A DNA stretch of 64,000 bases from Lama guanicoe (lineage: Eukaryota), in the NCBI GenBank assembly GCA_013239625.1, contig MU056288.1, positions 4,400,485 through 4,464,484 of the forward strand, written 5' to 3'. The translations under genes and the position numbers were made by a program. Below are positions 49,583 through 61,039 of the stretch, piece by piece. How positions within the stretch are numbered: the first letter of the stretch is position 1; each line of letters opens with the position of its first letter. The notes beneath the pieces are model-generated. The model saw nothing but the letters and a program-made list of their open reading frames with translations. It had not been told where the DNA came from and did no database searches.

Positions 49583-52500
49583 AGAATTGACTGTTTAGAA
49601 AAAGCTTTTTCTTTTGAAAGCTAAAATCTATTCAAAGAAGAGTGGATAAAAGATGTCAGAGAAATGCGTTGAACTAGCCTCAAATTGCTCTATGCTTTTT
49701 ATGTATTGCCATAACCTTGGGCACCTGACCCAAGCCCGCATCCAGGGCTCAGGGACACCTCGCACAAGGTGCACACAGGGTGTGCTTGGTGCGTGCCTGA
49801 GGGCCTCCGTGCTTAGCAGCTCTGTTGTGAGGGCAACCACGCCAAGGGAGGTGGCAGTACCCTCTGCCTCAGGTAACAAAGTCGGGACGGTGATGACTAA
49901 GTCAGAAGTATCTTTCAATCTCCGAGTTCCTCCTCTGCTCTGACACATCTCTTTCTCTTCAGAGGAAATGGGAACAAGCTCAGGCAAGGGTTCCTGGGGA
50001 CGGAACTGTCTTTTACTGTGTAACTCATTCATTGCCAGCCTCTCGTGAAGAAAGTAGGGTCCACGATGACTGAAAACACAGATAAGCTCACATTTAGAAA
50101 AATATTTAAGTGACAAATTCACAATCAGTTGTTAAGGTGAAGTCAAGAAGTTAGGGGCAAGTGCCTAGAGTCTCATGGAGGGTAGATTTCATGGAAGGCA
50201 AATACCATGTTCTCCCTCAAAAGAATGGCCTTTGGAGACAGACACTCTGCTCTACCTTAACAGCTCTGTCTTCTCATCTTTTAAATAAAAATAAACTACC
50301 CTACAAAGTTCTTTATAAACATTCAATGAGATCACTAACTCATCTCTATATTAGCTGCCTTGTCTTTGGTAGGCAAAACCCAGGCCCCAGAGATACAGCT
50401 GTCCCCATGGCTCGCAACTCTGAGGCCAAGTGTCAGCTGGCATAAATCCCCAGACATGGTGTTTTGTGTTTGGCTGATCCCTGGGGCACTTGAGTGCACG
50501 GCCCTTGAGTTGGGGCAACCTCATCATCTTACAGATGAGGAAACACAGGCAAAGACCTCACATGGCTCAACACTGCTTGCAGGCAAAACTGCAATTCCAT
50601 GGCAGACAAAGCCACTCAGTGCTTTCTTAGATGGTCACTGGGCCCCACTGCAAGCCAGGATACTGGGCTGCGTAGATCTTATAAATCACATCATCTGTAT
50701 ACCATTTATCAAATGCTTTTATAACTAGAGCTCATTTAGTCTAAAGGATACTGACTATTCTCTAGAGAATAAATCTAGCTCACTCTATGCTAACTGTAGT
50801 AAAAGTAAAGATAATAGTGGTGCTTACAGTGGAAATATTTATAATTTATTAAACCTTTACTATATGCCAAGCATCCTGCTGAGCATTAAACACATCTTAT
50901 GCCTTATTTCACATAATCAGCCCAAATGCCGGGATCCTCCTTTACACTGAATCCTCAGTTCTGCAAAAAGCTGGCATGAAAAAATGCCTTCCGTCTCTCT
51001 GTAGGACTATCAGTGCCCTCATGTACTGTGCCCACATTAAATCCCTTCGAAATTCTGAATGTGGTATGTGTGGTTTGAAGTGGGCAATTGAGAGACTGGT
51101 ATCTCTGGAAATAAAACACAAGAGGTGAAGGTTGCTTCTTAATCCCAGAATATGGAACCAACCCATCTGATAGTGATTTATAATTAATACACCTCACATT
51201 GCTCAATCTAGTCTAGAAGATAGATTGCAGGGTAGAGTGGGAGAAGCGCCTTCCAGTCCATTCCTTTGAAATGTTTCTTTGTTATGACAAAACAAGAAGT
51301 TCTGTAAGGTAAAGGGGTTAGAAATGCCTGGCTTCCTGTGGACAGATGCCAGGTGGAGGAAATAAACAGACATCATTCTCACTGGTTACGAATGCCCTGA
51401 AAAAAAAAAAGTATTTCCTATCATGCTGCCAAGGCAATGCCTGTTGCTTACAACATAAATTCAAGGGGAGAAGTAAGAGGGTGACTGAGTAGTGTTTGGG
51501 GACCATGGAAAGTAGAAGATAAGAGAAAAAAACACACTTATTCCAATTTTGTGGATAAAGTGTAAACTCTCACCGCTGAGTCAAGTGACAGCCCTGATTC
51601 TTAAACAAATGGAAGTCTAGCCAACATGACAATGAACTGGAGCCCATGGTGCTATTCCTTAACATTTCACGGAGGCTGGGAGTTACAGAACGCCAGAGCG
51701 GGACAGCTTCTCAGAGACCTGCAGTCCGGAGATCACAGCTGCCAGCTCCATGACATTGACTTCTTGGGTTTTCCTAGGGTTAACTTAAATGGCATTTGAG
51801 CCTTGTTTTAATTAACTATTAACATTTTAAAAATGAAAAGACTTCATATAAAAATCCAGGGCTCTGGTAGCTCTGGTATCTCTTTTTTAAAATAAGAAAA
51901 TAAGCAAACACTAGACCTACATTTTCATCTACCAACCACTCAGCGCCCCCATGAAGTTCCCCCATCCTCCATGCTGAGGCCAGCGTCAGCTGGTGATAAT
52001 GCCGGGAATGCCTGATCCCTGTGAGCCCTTCAGTGCATGTCCCCTGAGCTGGGGCAACCCCATTCTCTTATAGATGAGAAAACCCAGGCAAAACCTCCCA
52101 TGGCTCACCCCTGCCTATAGGCAGAGTCCCAGTGCCACGGGCGAGGCCATTTGCAGAAGATCCCAGCTGCCCTATCCTGCCAGTTCCCCAAAGGAATTCT
52201 ACAGCCCAGCCTCACTAGATGGTCTTCATTATGCATGGTCAAGGCTCTTCTTCCCTCTGTCTCAGATATCTTTCCCTGTATCAGATTCTTGCTCATCTGT
52301 ATGGAACTCAGAGTGGTTCCATCTTCACTCCCCAGGCCCGAAGTGTCCACACAGCACTTTGTACCCACTTTAGCAATGGATTATAAAGTCCATCGGGGAA
52401 GGTCGATGTTTAAGTCCTCTTTTTTTATGTCACCAGTGCCTACAATGGTGCCATGACATATCATGAGCTCTGAGTAAATCTGGGCTTCAGAGAGGATAAA

Positions 52501-53379
52501 CCATTTGTCTTCAGATACATAGGTAATTATACTCACAACATATGATTGGGAAAAAAAACAAGTTAAAAGTAGATTTGGTCCATGAAGAACAAGCAGACTG
52601 ATGAATTATGAAATAATGCTGAAAACTTTCTTAGTGACAAATATAGTTGCTACCCTGCCAAGCCTTCCTTACTCCAGAAGTAGGGACTGCCTGATCAGTG
52701 TGGCTTGTAGGGTATCAGAAGGACCCCAAAGGCTTGGATATCTTCCCCTACCACCTGCCAAGCTGCCCAGAAATCCACTATATAAACGTACTTGCACTAC
52801 GGCTTTTTCTGTTCCAATGTCGCACCCCCTTCCCTCTCCTCTGCAAGAGCCATTAGGCAATTCTTAGAGGTTAGCACAGCTTCAGTTAACTTATCAACTA
52901 CTTTTCTATCTGATGTCTTTATCCTGGAAGATCTGGGTAAGTTGTGATAGAGTTAAATAAAGGCTGAGTTCCAGAGGAAGGCACGGCCTCAACGTCTGAA
53001 GTAAGAGATGGGGAGCAGGCACAGGGGTTAAATGCAAGGCCGGTTGGGACCAAGATGGCTGGGTCCAGTTATGCTATTTGCTAGGTGAGGGCCCTTTGGC
53101 GAGACATTTACCTTCTGTGCCTCCACCTCCTCATTTAGGTAGAAAATGGTGTTATTAAGAGGATCTACGTTTATGGGGCAGTGGAAAATCAAGTGAATAA
53201 ATGGCAGGCATTCAAAACGGGGCTTGACGCAGACTGAACCTGTATAAGCTTCGGCTTCTGTCATTATTAGGAGATGATGGCATGGAATTTAGCGCTGAAT
53301 AGGGCTGCTCCAGTTTTACTACCTGCTGTCTCCTTTCCCAAATAACTGCTGAAGGATACAAGGTCCAGAGAGGAGGAGC

Positions 53380-54300
53380 GGCTTACCGAAGGCCGCAGGC
53401 TAGCGGAGAGCAGAGCGAGGGCTTCCTGGCCAGCGTTCGCCCCGTGAACTTGCTGAGGAAAAAAGGAAGGGCTGTGGGAGACCGAGAGAAACCGAGAGAG
53501 CGAGCTCTAGCCTCTCTTCCTTCAAAGGACAATGGGATCCAGGCCCTTGGGACTTCTCCCCTAAATCAACTCCAAGCCCCCGCTCTCGGGTGGGCTCCAT
53601 GTCTGAGCAAATGCCACCCTCTGACACACACCCACAGCCCCGCGCTGGGCGTACCCTGCAAGTCTGGCACAGCGCGCCAACTCTGCCCCGCTGGGGGGAC
53701 GAGTCAACAGTGGGGTGGACGGGAAAAGTGACACCACCCGGCCGGCGCCCCGCGCGCCCGCCTCCTACGCAGCGCGGGCCGCGCCGGGCCCTCTAGGGGC
53801 TGCGCGCCGGGGCCGGGCGGCCGCGCTCTCCACCGCACGCGCGCANNNNNNNNNNNNNNNNNNNNNNNNNNNNNNNNNNNNNNNNNNNNNNNNNNNNNNN
53901 NNNNNNNNNNNNNNNNNNNNNNNNNNNNNNNNNNNNNNNNNNNNNNNNNNNNNNNNNNNNNNNNNNNNNNNNNNNNNNNNNNNNNCCCGCGGCGACTTGG
54001 GGCGCGCGGGACGGGCCGCCGGCAGGGGGCGGCGCGCGGCGGGCGGCCGGCTGCGTCCCGTTGCTCCGGCCCCGGACCTCCCCCCGCCTCCCTGTCGCGC
54101 GGCCCCTGCCCGCTGCCTCCGCAGGGGTCCCGGGGGCAGCCGAGGCCTTCCCAGCGCCTCTGCCGCCCAGTTCTCGCCGCCACCCCGACCCTCTGGCGCT
54201 CCCTGCGATCGCTCGGGGTGGGGTAGGGGCTGGAGCGGGGTGGGGAGAAATAGGACGGCGCCCGGGCGCCACCCTAAAGCTGGCCTTTGGCAGTCACAAT
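53380..54300. promoter_or_regulatory. CpG island upstream of CCN1 (interrupted by N gap 53846-53985; partly repeated at 55485-55830)
   Basis: Very high GC and CpG density with multiple GC boxes. Confidence 0.8.
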
Positions 54301-54415
54301 AAATTGTTTGTTCCTTAAGGTGGCTGTAAAAAGTGGACTTGTGAGACAGACAAGTACCTACGAGGACATGCGCACGCACACACGCAGCTATTACAAGCAA
54401 TCCTGCCGTCCAAAG

Positions 54416-54580
54416 CAGTGGTTCTCAGGGTGTGAGTCCTCGGACCGGCAGCATCAGCATCACCTCGGGACTTCTTAGAAATGTAAACTAATAAGAAATT
54501 CTGGGGTGAGGCCAGTGGGGTCAGTGTTTTCACCAGTCCTCCAGGTGACTGTGATGCGAGCCAAAGTTTGAGAACCACTG
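54416..54580. mobile_element. hAT-Charlie MITE (MER5A-like); duplicate at 55970-56134
   Basis: TIRs CAGTGGTTCTC / GAGAACCACTG, internal CAGCATCAGCATCACCT, imperfect 8-bp TSD. Confidence 0.88.
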
Positions 54581-55474
54581 GTCTAGGGCTAGGAAACCGG
54601 AGTCGCCAGATTTAGGGTGATGATTACTTTCAGTTGCCGCCGGACAGTGAACCCTTCTTTCGGTGACCTAAAATTCCCTGGCATCAGCGGGTGAGAGACG
54701 TTCCCATCGCTCAGCCCGAAGCCAGGAGCCGAGAAGACAAGCAGCCCCTTCTCTGTGCCTTGCAGCCCAGGGAAACAAGGCGGCCCGTTATTCCTTCACG
54801 GGGCACCCGTAGAGGGAGGGAGGGAGGGAGGAAAGAGCAGAAGAGCCATGCAGAATTAGCACCCGGAGACACTTACCCATAACCGTTTGCACATTTACCC
54901 TCCAAATTCTCAACGTGAACTGATTGATCTGCAGCTCTCAGCGGAGGACGCCAGAAGGCGACCGACGTCTGGGGTTTCTGGGCTTGCCTCTAGCTGGACG
55001 TGAGGAGCTGCTGTTCCTCTCGCCTGATGCTGTGGTTTATTAGCAGGCGCACCAAGACATAGTACATGGAAAGGCTGTGCACATAGGTTACTTCTGTCTC
55101 TCCGGCTCCCCCACCTCTTGGCCCTGCTTGCTCCCGCTTCCCACCCCCTCCCACAACACACCCCCTGCTTTAAATGGGCAGCGGACTGTGAGGTTCTGTA
55201 AGTTTCTCCTCTGGGGCAAACTTATCCTCCAAGACTCCCCAGATTAAGTCCAGGGGAAAAAAAAACCCCACACACCCTTGCTAGAAAACTTTAATCTGAT
55301 TTTTAAAGGCATCTCTGGAATGGTGTGTGTTGCATGCTGTGCAGAGACTGAATCTCTTTGGGGTCCCCCTCCTCCCCACACACAACTTCAATAAAGGAAC
55401 AAGGTATACATACGAGCCAGCTGGATCATCCACTGTAATTTTATTTTAAATCATGATAGAATGAAAGACTTTCA

Positions 55475-55484
55475 CCAAATATGG
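55475..55484. promoter_or_regulatory. CArG box (SRF site), probable CCN1 serum response element
   Basis: CCAAATATGG is a perfect CC(A/T)6GG. If the duplication is collapsed it lies ~2 kb upstream of the TSS, as recalled for the rodent Cyr61 SRE. Confidence 0.75.
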
Positions 55485-56438
55485 GCCGGGGCTGGAAACG
55501 TCCTGCGCCGCGCGCCGCCGGAAACCTCTAGTCCTGGCACCCGCGGCGACTTGGGGCGCGCGGGACGGGCCGCCGGCAGGGGGCGGCGCGCGGCGGGCGG
55601 CCGGCTGCGTCCCGGTGCTCCGGCCCCGGACCTCCCCCCGCCTCCCTGTCGCGCGGCCCCTGCCCGCTGCCTCCGCAGGGGTCCCGGGGGCAGCCGAGGC
55701 CTTCCCAGCGCCTCTGCCGCCCAGTTCTCGCCGCCACCCCGACCCTCTGGCGCTCCCTGCGATCGCTCGGGGTGGGGTGGGGGCTGGAGCGGGGTGGGGA
55801 GAAATAGGACGGCGCCCGGGCGCCACCCTAAAGCTGGCCTTTGGCAGTCACAATAAATTGTTTGTTCCTTAAGGTGGCTGTAAAAAGTGGACTTGTGAGA
55901 CAGACAAGTACCTACGAGGACATGCGCACGCACACACGCAGCTATTACAAGCAATCCTGCCGTCCAAAGCAGTGGTTCTCAGGGTGTGAGTCCTCGGACC
56001 GGCAGCATCAGCATCACCTCGGGACTTCTTAGAAATGTAAACTAATAAGAAATTCTGGGGTGAGGCCAGTGGGGTCAGTGTTTTCACCAGTCCTCCAGGT
56101 GACTGTGATGCGAGCCAAAGTTTGAGAACCACTGGTCTAGGGCTAGGAAACCGGAGTCGCCAGATTTAGGGTGATGATTACTTTCAGTTGCCGCCGGACA
56201 GTGAACCCTTCTTTCGGTGACCTAAAATTCCCTGGCATCAGCGGGTGAGAGACGTTCCCATCGCTCAGCCCGAAGCCAGGAGCCGAGAAGACAAGCAGCC
56301 CCTTCTCTGTGCCTTGCAGCCCAGGGAAACAAGGCGGCCCGTTATTCCTTCACGGGGCACCCGTAGAGGGAGGGAGGGAGGGAGGGAGGGAGGAAAGAGC
56401 AGAAGAGCCATGCAGAATTAGCACCCGGAGACACTTAC

Positions 56439-56712
56439 CCATAACCGTTTGCACATTTACCCTCCAAATTCTCAACGTGAACTGATTGATCTGCAGCTCT
56501 CAGCGGAGGACGCCAGAAGGCGACCGACGTCTGGGGTTTCTGGGCTTGCCTCTAGCTGGACGTGAGGAGCTGCTGTTCCTCTCGCCTGATGCTGTGGTTT
56601 ATTAGCAGGCGCACCAGGACATAGTACATGGAAAGGCTGTGCACATAGGTTACTTCTGTCTCTCCGGCTCCCCCACCTCTTGGCCCTGCTTGCTCCCGCT
56701 TCCCACCCCCTC
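56439..56712 (-). other. Putative non-coding first exon of the long DDAH1 isoform (duplicate at ~54877-55150); 5' boundary uncertain
   Basis: Minus-strand donor TGG|GTAAGT (acttac at 56433-56438 and 54871-54876). Position ~2.4-2.6 kb from the CCN1 TSS agrees with recalled human DDAH1/CCN1 head-to-head synteny. Confidence 0.45.
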
Positions 56713-58979
56713 CCACAACACACCCCCTGCTTTAAATGGGCAGCGGACTGTGAGGTTCTGTAAGTTTCTCCTCTGGGGCAAACTTATCCTCCAAGACTCC
56801 CCAGATTAAGTCCAGGGGAAAAAAAAACCCCACACACCCTTGCTAGAAAACTTTAATCTGATTTTTAAAGGCATCTCTGGAATGGTGTGTGTTGCATGCT
56901 GTGCAGAGACTGAATCTCTTTGGGGTCCCCCTCCTCCCCACACACAACTTCAATAAAGGAACAAGGTATACATACGAGCCAGCTGGATCATCCACTGTAA
57001 TTTTATTTTAAANNNNNNNNNNNNNNNNNNNNNNNNNNNNNNNNNNNNNNNNNNNNNNNNNNNNNNNNNNNNNNNNNNNNNNNNNNNNNNNNNNNNNNNN
57101 NNNNNNNNNNNNNNNNNNNNNNNNNNNNNNNNNNNNNNNNNNNNNNNNNNNNNNNNNNNNNNNNNNNNNNNNNNNNNNNNNNNNNNNNNNNNNNNNNNNN
57201 NNNNNNNNNNNNNNNNNNNNNNNNNNNNNNNNNNNNNNNNNNNNNNNNNNNNNNNNNNNNNNNNNNNNNNNNNNNNNNNNTCCATTCTTTCTCCACCACC
57301 TCCTCCCACCCTGTACTGCGCCTACTCACCCCCCATCCCTTGTCACTTCATTGAGGAGGAAAGAATAAGGAAACTCTGATAGAAGGGAAAAAACAAAAAC
57401 GTTTTCCAAGTAATTGATGAATTGGCTTGGGTAGGATGTAGGGCCCAGAACACCTGACAGTCTATTGTGAAAAGTACATCCCCCCACCACAACCCTCCAA
57501 GGAAACCTTAGAGATCCTACTCTCTCTAGCAAAAGCCTCTAAGAGCACTTTTGAATGAACGAAACTTAACTCTTCCCTGCCACAGTTCTCTTCACTGGAA
57601 ACATTTTCATTGCAATAGCTTCTCATTGTGTTTATCAGAGTCAGTCATAGAAAAGTCACACTGAAGGCCTCCTTAAGCAAGACTGCTCAGTCATTTAGAC
57701 TGAACAGCCCTAAACATTAAAAAGGACAAGGAGTTCTCCAAGAGCACATCTAAAAGGGACACTGGCACAATTATTGTGTATATTTTTATGAAAATTACAC
57801 AAGAAGATAATCTGTGAAACTTTGAGGGAAAGTTTATCACTCATACTAATGATACTTGATGTTTAAGTAAATTGCTTTGTTAGGGGTCTTCTATTGTGTG
57901 TTGCAGGTAGAATAGAAAGTTAGAATCTGCTAACTTTTTTACTACAGAATATTACGTCCTAAATCTCTTATTTCTCTGTTCTTAGAGAGCAAAGCATTGC
58001 AGTTCACTTGAAAGGGAGGCTTTTAAGTGGTCCCAAGGAAAGGAGTTAAACCCCCTGCCAAACTTTCAGCTTTAAGGAGTCTGCTTTTTCCAGAGATCCC
58101 CTGGACATAGTAGTGATGGAATCTGGTTTGGCTTTGCAGTATATACAGGTGCTCTCAATACAAATCACTACACGGTGGTCCCCTCCGGCTTCCGGCCAGG
58201 TGCTTAGTTAGAGTCGCCTCCCTCAGGCGGAGGGAGGCTGGAAGGGCTTACCCAAGTCTCCCGCATCCGTGAGGAAGCGTAAGTCAGCCTCCCGGAGAAC
58301 TCCCTGCGTTCGTTTCCTCTCGGACTTCCAACGCAGGCAGTGGGCTGGAACTAAAGTGGGAACCTCCAAAAACAAACAAGTACGACGTACCGAAAAAAGG
58401 GGCGGGGGGGAGCGGAAGGGGGAAGACCTCTGCCTGGGAATCTGCCAGACAATGGGGGAAGTTGATTTTTTCCCCCTTCTCATTCATAAATGCCACTGAG
58501 GGTATTAATTTGCAATACACTTAACTGGGCTAATAAACACCATGCCAAAGCTTTGGGACTTGAGCTGAGCACGCCTCTATGAAATCCTCAAATAGATTCC
58601 TGGCTCACAGACCCACTCCCCCTCCGCGTTCGCCTCTCTCGATAGATAACCTGACCCTCACCTTCGCTGTAAACAAGTAAACAGCTCGCTGCCTTCCCGG
58701 GTGAGAGCTTCCAAGGCCGCCTGGTCAGCTCGGCATCACCAAACAAAACGACTTTTGTTCCTCCCTCCCAGGTCTTCCCACCCTCCCAGTCCAGGCAAAG
58801 TTCTGAACTCGCCCCCTCGGCCCTTGCACCACTATCATCTGCATCACGCCAAGAAGAGCCCTCCCCAATATAAGTTATTTAAAGTGGAAAAAACGGAAGA
58901 TTGTTTTCTTGACGGGTCCAGGACAAAAAAAAAAAAAAGTGCAACGGAGCCAGGGGAGGCGCTTGGCAGGAGCCCGCGC

Positions 58980-59100
58980 CAACCAGCATTCCTGAGATGT
59001 TTGAGAATTCTGGAACGCGCAGACAGAGCCGACGTCACTGCAACACGCGGCGCCTTGGCCGGCCATATAAAAGGCGGGCTCCGGGCGCTGGGGCAGACCG
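58980..59100 (+). promoter_or_regulatory. CCN1: CCN1 core promoter: TEAD/M-CAT, CRE, TATA, probable TSS ~59095
   Basis: CATTCCT 58987-58993, CGACGTCA 59030-59037, TATAAAA 59066-59072; AGACCGCGAGCGAGAGCG ~29 bp after the TATA start resembles the recalled human mRNA 5' end; inside a CpG island. Confidence 0.88.
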
Positions 59101-59324
59101 CGAGCGAGAGCGCCCCCGAGCAGCGCCCGCGCCCTCCGCTCCTCCTCCGGAAGGACCTCCAGAGCAGGACTCCCGCAGCTCCCTCGCCTCCCGGCCCTCG
59201 CCTCCCCGCCGCCCGGCCCACCGTCCCAGCCAGGCCAGGCCAAGCCAGGCCGGCCCGCCCGCTGCGCACCGGTGTGTCGGCGTCTTTGCTTCCACGCTCG
59301 CCCGGACCCCTCCTGCGCGCCACG

Positions 59325-59387
59325 ATGAGCTCCCACACCGCCAGGACGCTTGCCCTCGCCGTCATCCTTCTCCACTTGGCCAGGCTG
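59325..59387 (+). CDS. CCN1: CCN1/CYR61 exon 1 coding part (signal peptide MSSHTARTLALAVILLHLARL)
   Basis: ATG at 59325 in ccacgATGa context, 21 mostly hydrophobic codons, then GTGAGT donor at 59388; resembles the recalled CYR61 signal peptide. Confidence 0.96.
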
Positions 59388-59681
59388 GTGAGTTCTTTGA
59401 TCACCGCTCCCGGATCCTCTCTCCCAGCCCCTTCCCCTTTTCCCAGATGGCCCGCGACAGGAAAAGCTAAACTGAAAAAAGTTCGGGGGCGTTTCGGGGT
59501 AGCTCGTTCTCTAAGCCCGCCCTGAAGACGTGCGGGGGGTACCCCGCGCACCCTCCCGGGGTGGCTGGGCTGGACCGGATCAGAGACCCCCTGCCGCCCG
59601 GGACAGACACCCGCGTCCCTTCCCAGCGCGCCCCTCCTGCGCACCGCGCAGAGCCTCACGCGAATCCTCTCCCCACTCCAG

Positions 59682-59788
59682 GCGCTCTCCACCTGCCCTG
59701 CCGCCTGCCACTGCCCCCTGGAGGCGCCCAAGTGCGCCCCGGGAGTCGGGCTGGTCCGGGACGGCTGCGGCTGCTGTAAAGTCTGCGC
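59682..59788 (+). CDS. CCN1: CCN1 exon 2, IGFBP domain (visible part; 3' end in N gap)
   Basis: Acceptor ccccactccAG, then [36 protein letters not shown] with the GCGCCxxC IGFBP motif; in frame with exon 1. Confidence 0.96.
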
Positions 59789-60394
59789 NNNNNNNNNNNN
59801 NNNNNNNNNNNNNNNNNNNNNNNNNNNNNNNNNNNNNNNNNNNNNNNNNNNNNNNNNNNNNNNNNNNNNNNNNNNNNNNNNNNNNNNNNNNNNNNNNNNN
59901 NNNNNNNNNNNNNNNNNNNNNNNNNNNNNNNNNNNNNNNNNNNNGCCCAGAAGTTTNNNNNNNNNNNNNNNNNNNNNNNNNNNNNNNNNNNNNNNNNNNN
60001 NNNNNNNNNNNNNNNNNNNNNNNNNNNNNNNNNNNNNNNNNNNNNNNNNNNNNNNNNNNNNNNNNNNNNNNNNNNNNNNNNNNNNNNNNNNNNNNNNNNN
60101 NNNNNNNNNNNNNNNNNNNNNNNNNNNNNNNNNNNNNNNNNNNNNAAGTTGAATTTAACAGTAGAAAATATGTGTGCGTTTCAGGTCGTCGTTCGGAATC
60201 TTCCCTTTAATCCTCTTCTCCTTTTCTTTCNNNNNNNNNNNNNNNNNNNNNNNNNNNNNNNNNNNNNNNNNNNNNNNNNNNNNNNNNNNNNNNNNNNNNN
60301 NNNNNNNNNNNNNNNNNNNNNNNNNNNNNNNNNNNNNNNNNNNNNNNNNNNNNNNNNNNNNNNNNNNNNNNNNNNNNNNNNNNNNNNNNNNNNN

Positions 60395-60603
60395 TTTGGG
60401 CTGTCCCAACCCCCAGCTGGTCAAAGTCACCGGGCAGTGCTGTGAAGAGTGGGTCTGCGACGAGGATGGTGCCAAGGACCCCATGGATGACAGGGACGGC
60501 CTCCTGGGCAAGGAGCTGGCATTCGATGCCTCCGAGGTGGAGTTAACGAGAAACAATGAATTAATTGCAGTTGGCAAAGGCGGCTCCCTGAAGCGGCTCC
60601 CGG
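60395..60603 (+). CDS. CCN1: CCN1 exon 3, end of vWC domain and hinge (visible part; 5' end in N gap 60231-60394)
   Basis: [25 protein letters not shown]...[21 protein letters not shown], then GTAAGT donor at 60604; polypyrimidine tract just before the gap. Confidence 0.95.
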
Positions 60604-60727
60604 GTAAGTTTGAGACTGAGAGGTGGTACTGAGGTCCATTCCTAGTTGGAAGCTTTAGAGAAACAAGAATAGTTGACTCTGTGTAGGGATGCCTCTGAGA
60701 AATCTTCCCTCTTGTTTGTCCCTCTAG

Positions 60728-60939
60728 TTTTTGGAATGGAGCCTCGCATTCTGTACAACCCTTCCTTGCACGGCCAGAAATGTATCGTCCAAACAACTCC
60801 ATGGTCCCAGTGCTCGAAGACCTGTGGAACTGGTATCTCCACACGGGTTACCAACGACAACCCTGCATGCCGCCTGGTGAAGGAAACCCGGATCTGTGAG
60901 GTGCGGCCTTGTGGACAGCCGGTGTACAGCGGCCTGAAA
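60728..60939 (+). CDS. CCN1: CCN1 exon 4, thrombospondin type-1 domain
   Basis: Acceptor cctctAG; [71 protein letters not shown] with the WSxCSxTCG motif; donor GTAAGT at 60940. Confidence 0.97.
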
Positions 60940-61039
60940 GTAAGTGCTGCGGTTCCCAGGCCGCTGGGCGACACGCGAACCTCTCTTCCAAAAAGGAGAA
61001 ATATCGGCGCTAACACCCCTTCTCTCCTCTTTCCTACAG

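Larger units (their letters stand above)
53986..57012 (+). repeat. ~1.56 kb near-identical tandem duplication (53986-55450 vs 55540-57012)
   Basis: Copies align end to end at offset 1554-1562. Differences I saw: three substitutions and two extra GGGA units. Both outer ends abut N gaps. Confidence 0.97.

Noticed and set aside
49628-50122. 164-aa minus-strand ORF (also 47287-47721, 46589-46930, 34525-34884)
   Set aside because: No recognisable family or splice structure; lengths are compatible with chance in 64 kb.
1-53000. DDAH1 coding exons
   Set aside because: No DDAH-like peptide in the ORF track; coding exons are expected outside the window by recalled synteny. Short non-coding exons cannot be excluded.
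59063-59074. CCATATAAAAGG as a CArG box
   Set aside because: Eight A/T bases between CC and GG rather than six; it is the TATA box.
58701-59731. 274-aa sense and 295-aa antisense ORFs over the CCN1 promoter and exon 1
   Set aside because: Pro/Arg/Gly/Ala-rich shadows of a CpG island; only 59325-59387 and 59682 onward are supported as coding.
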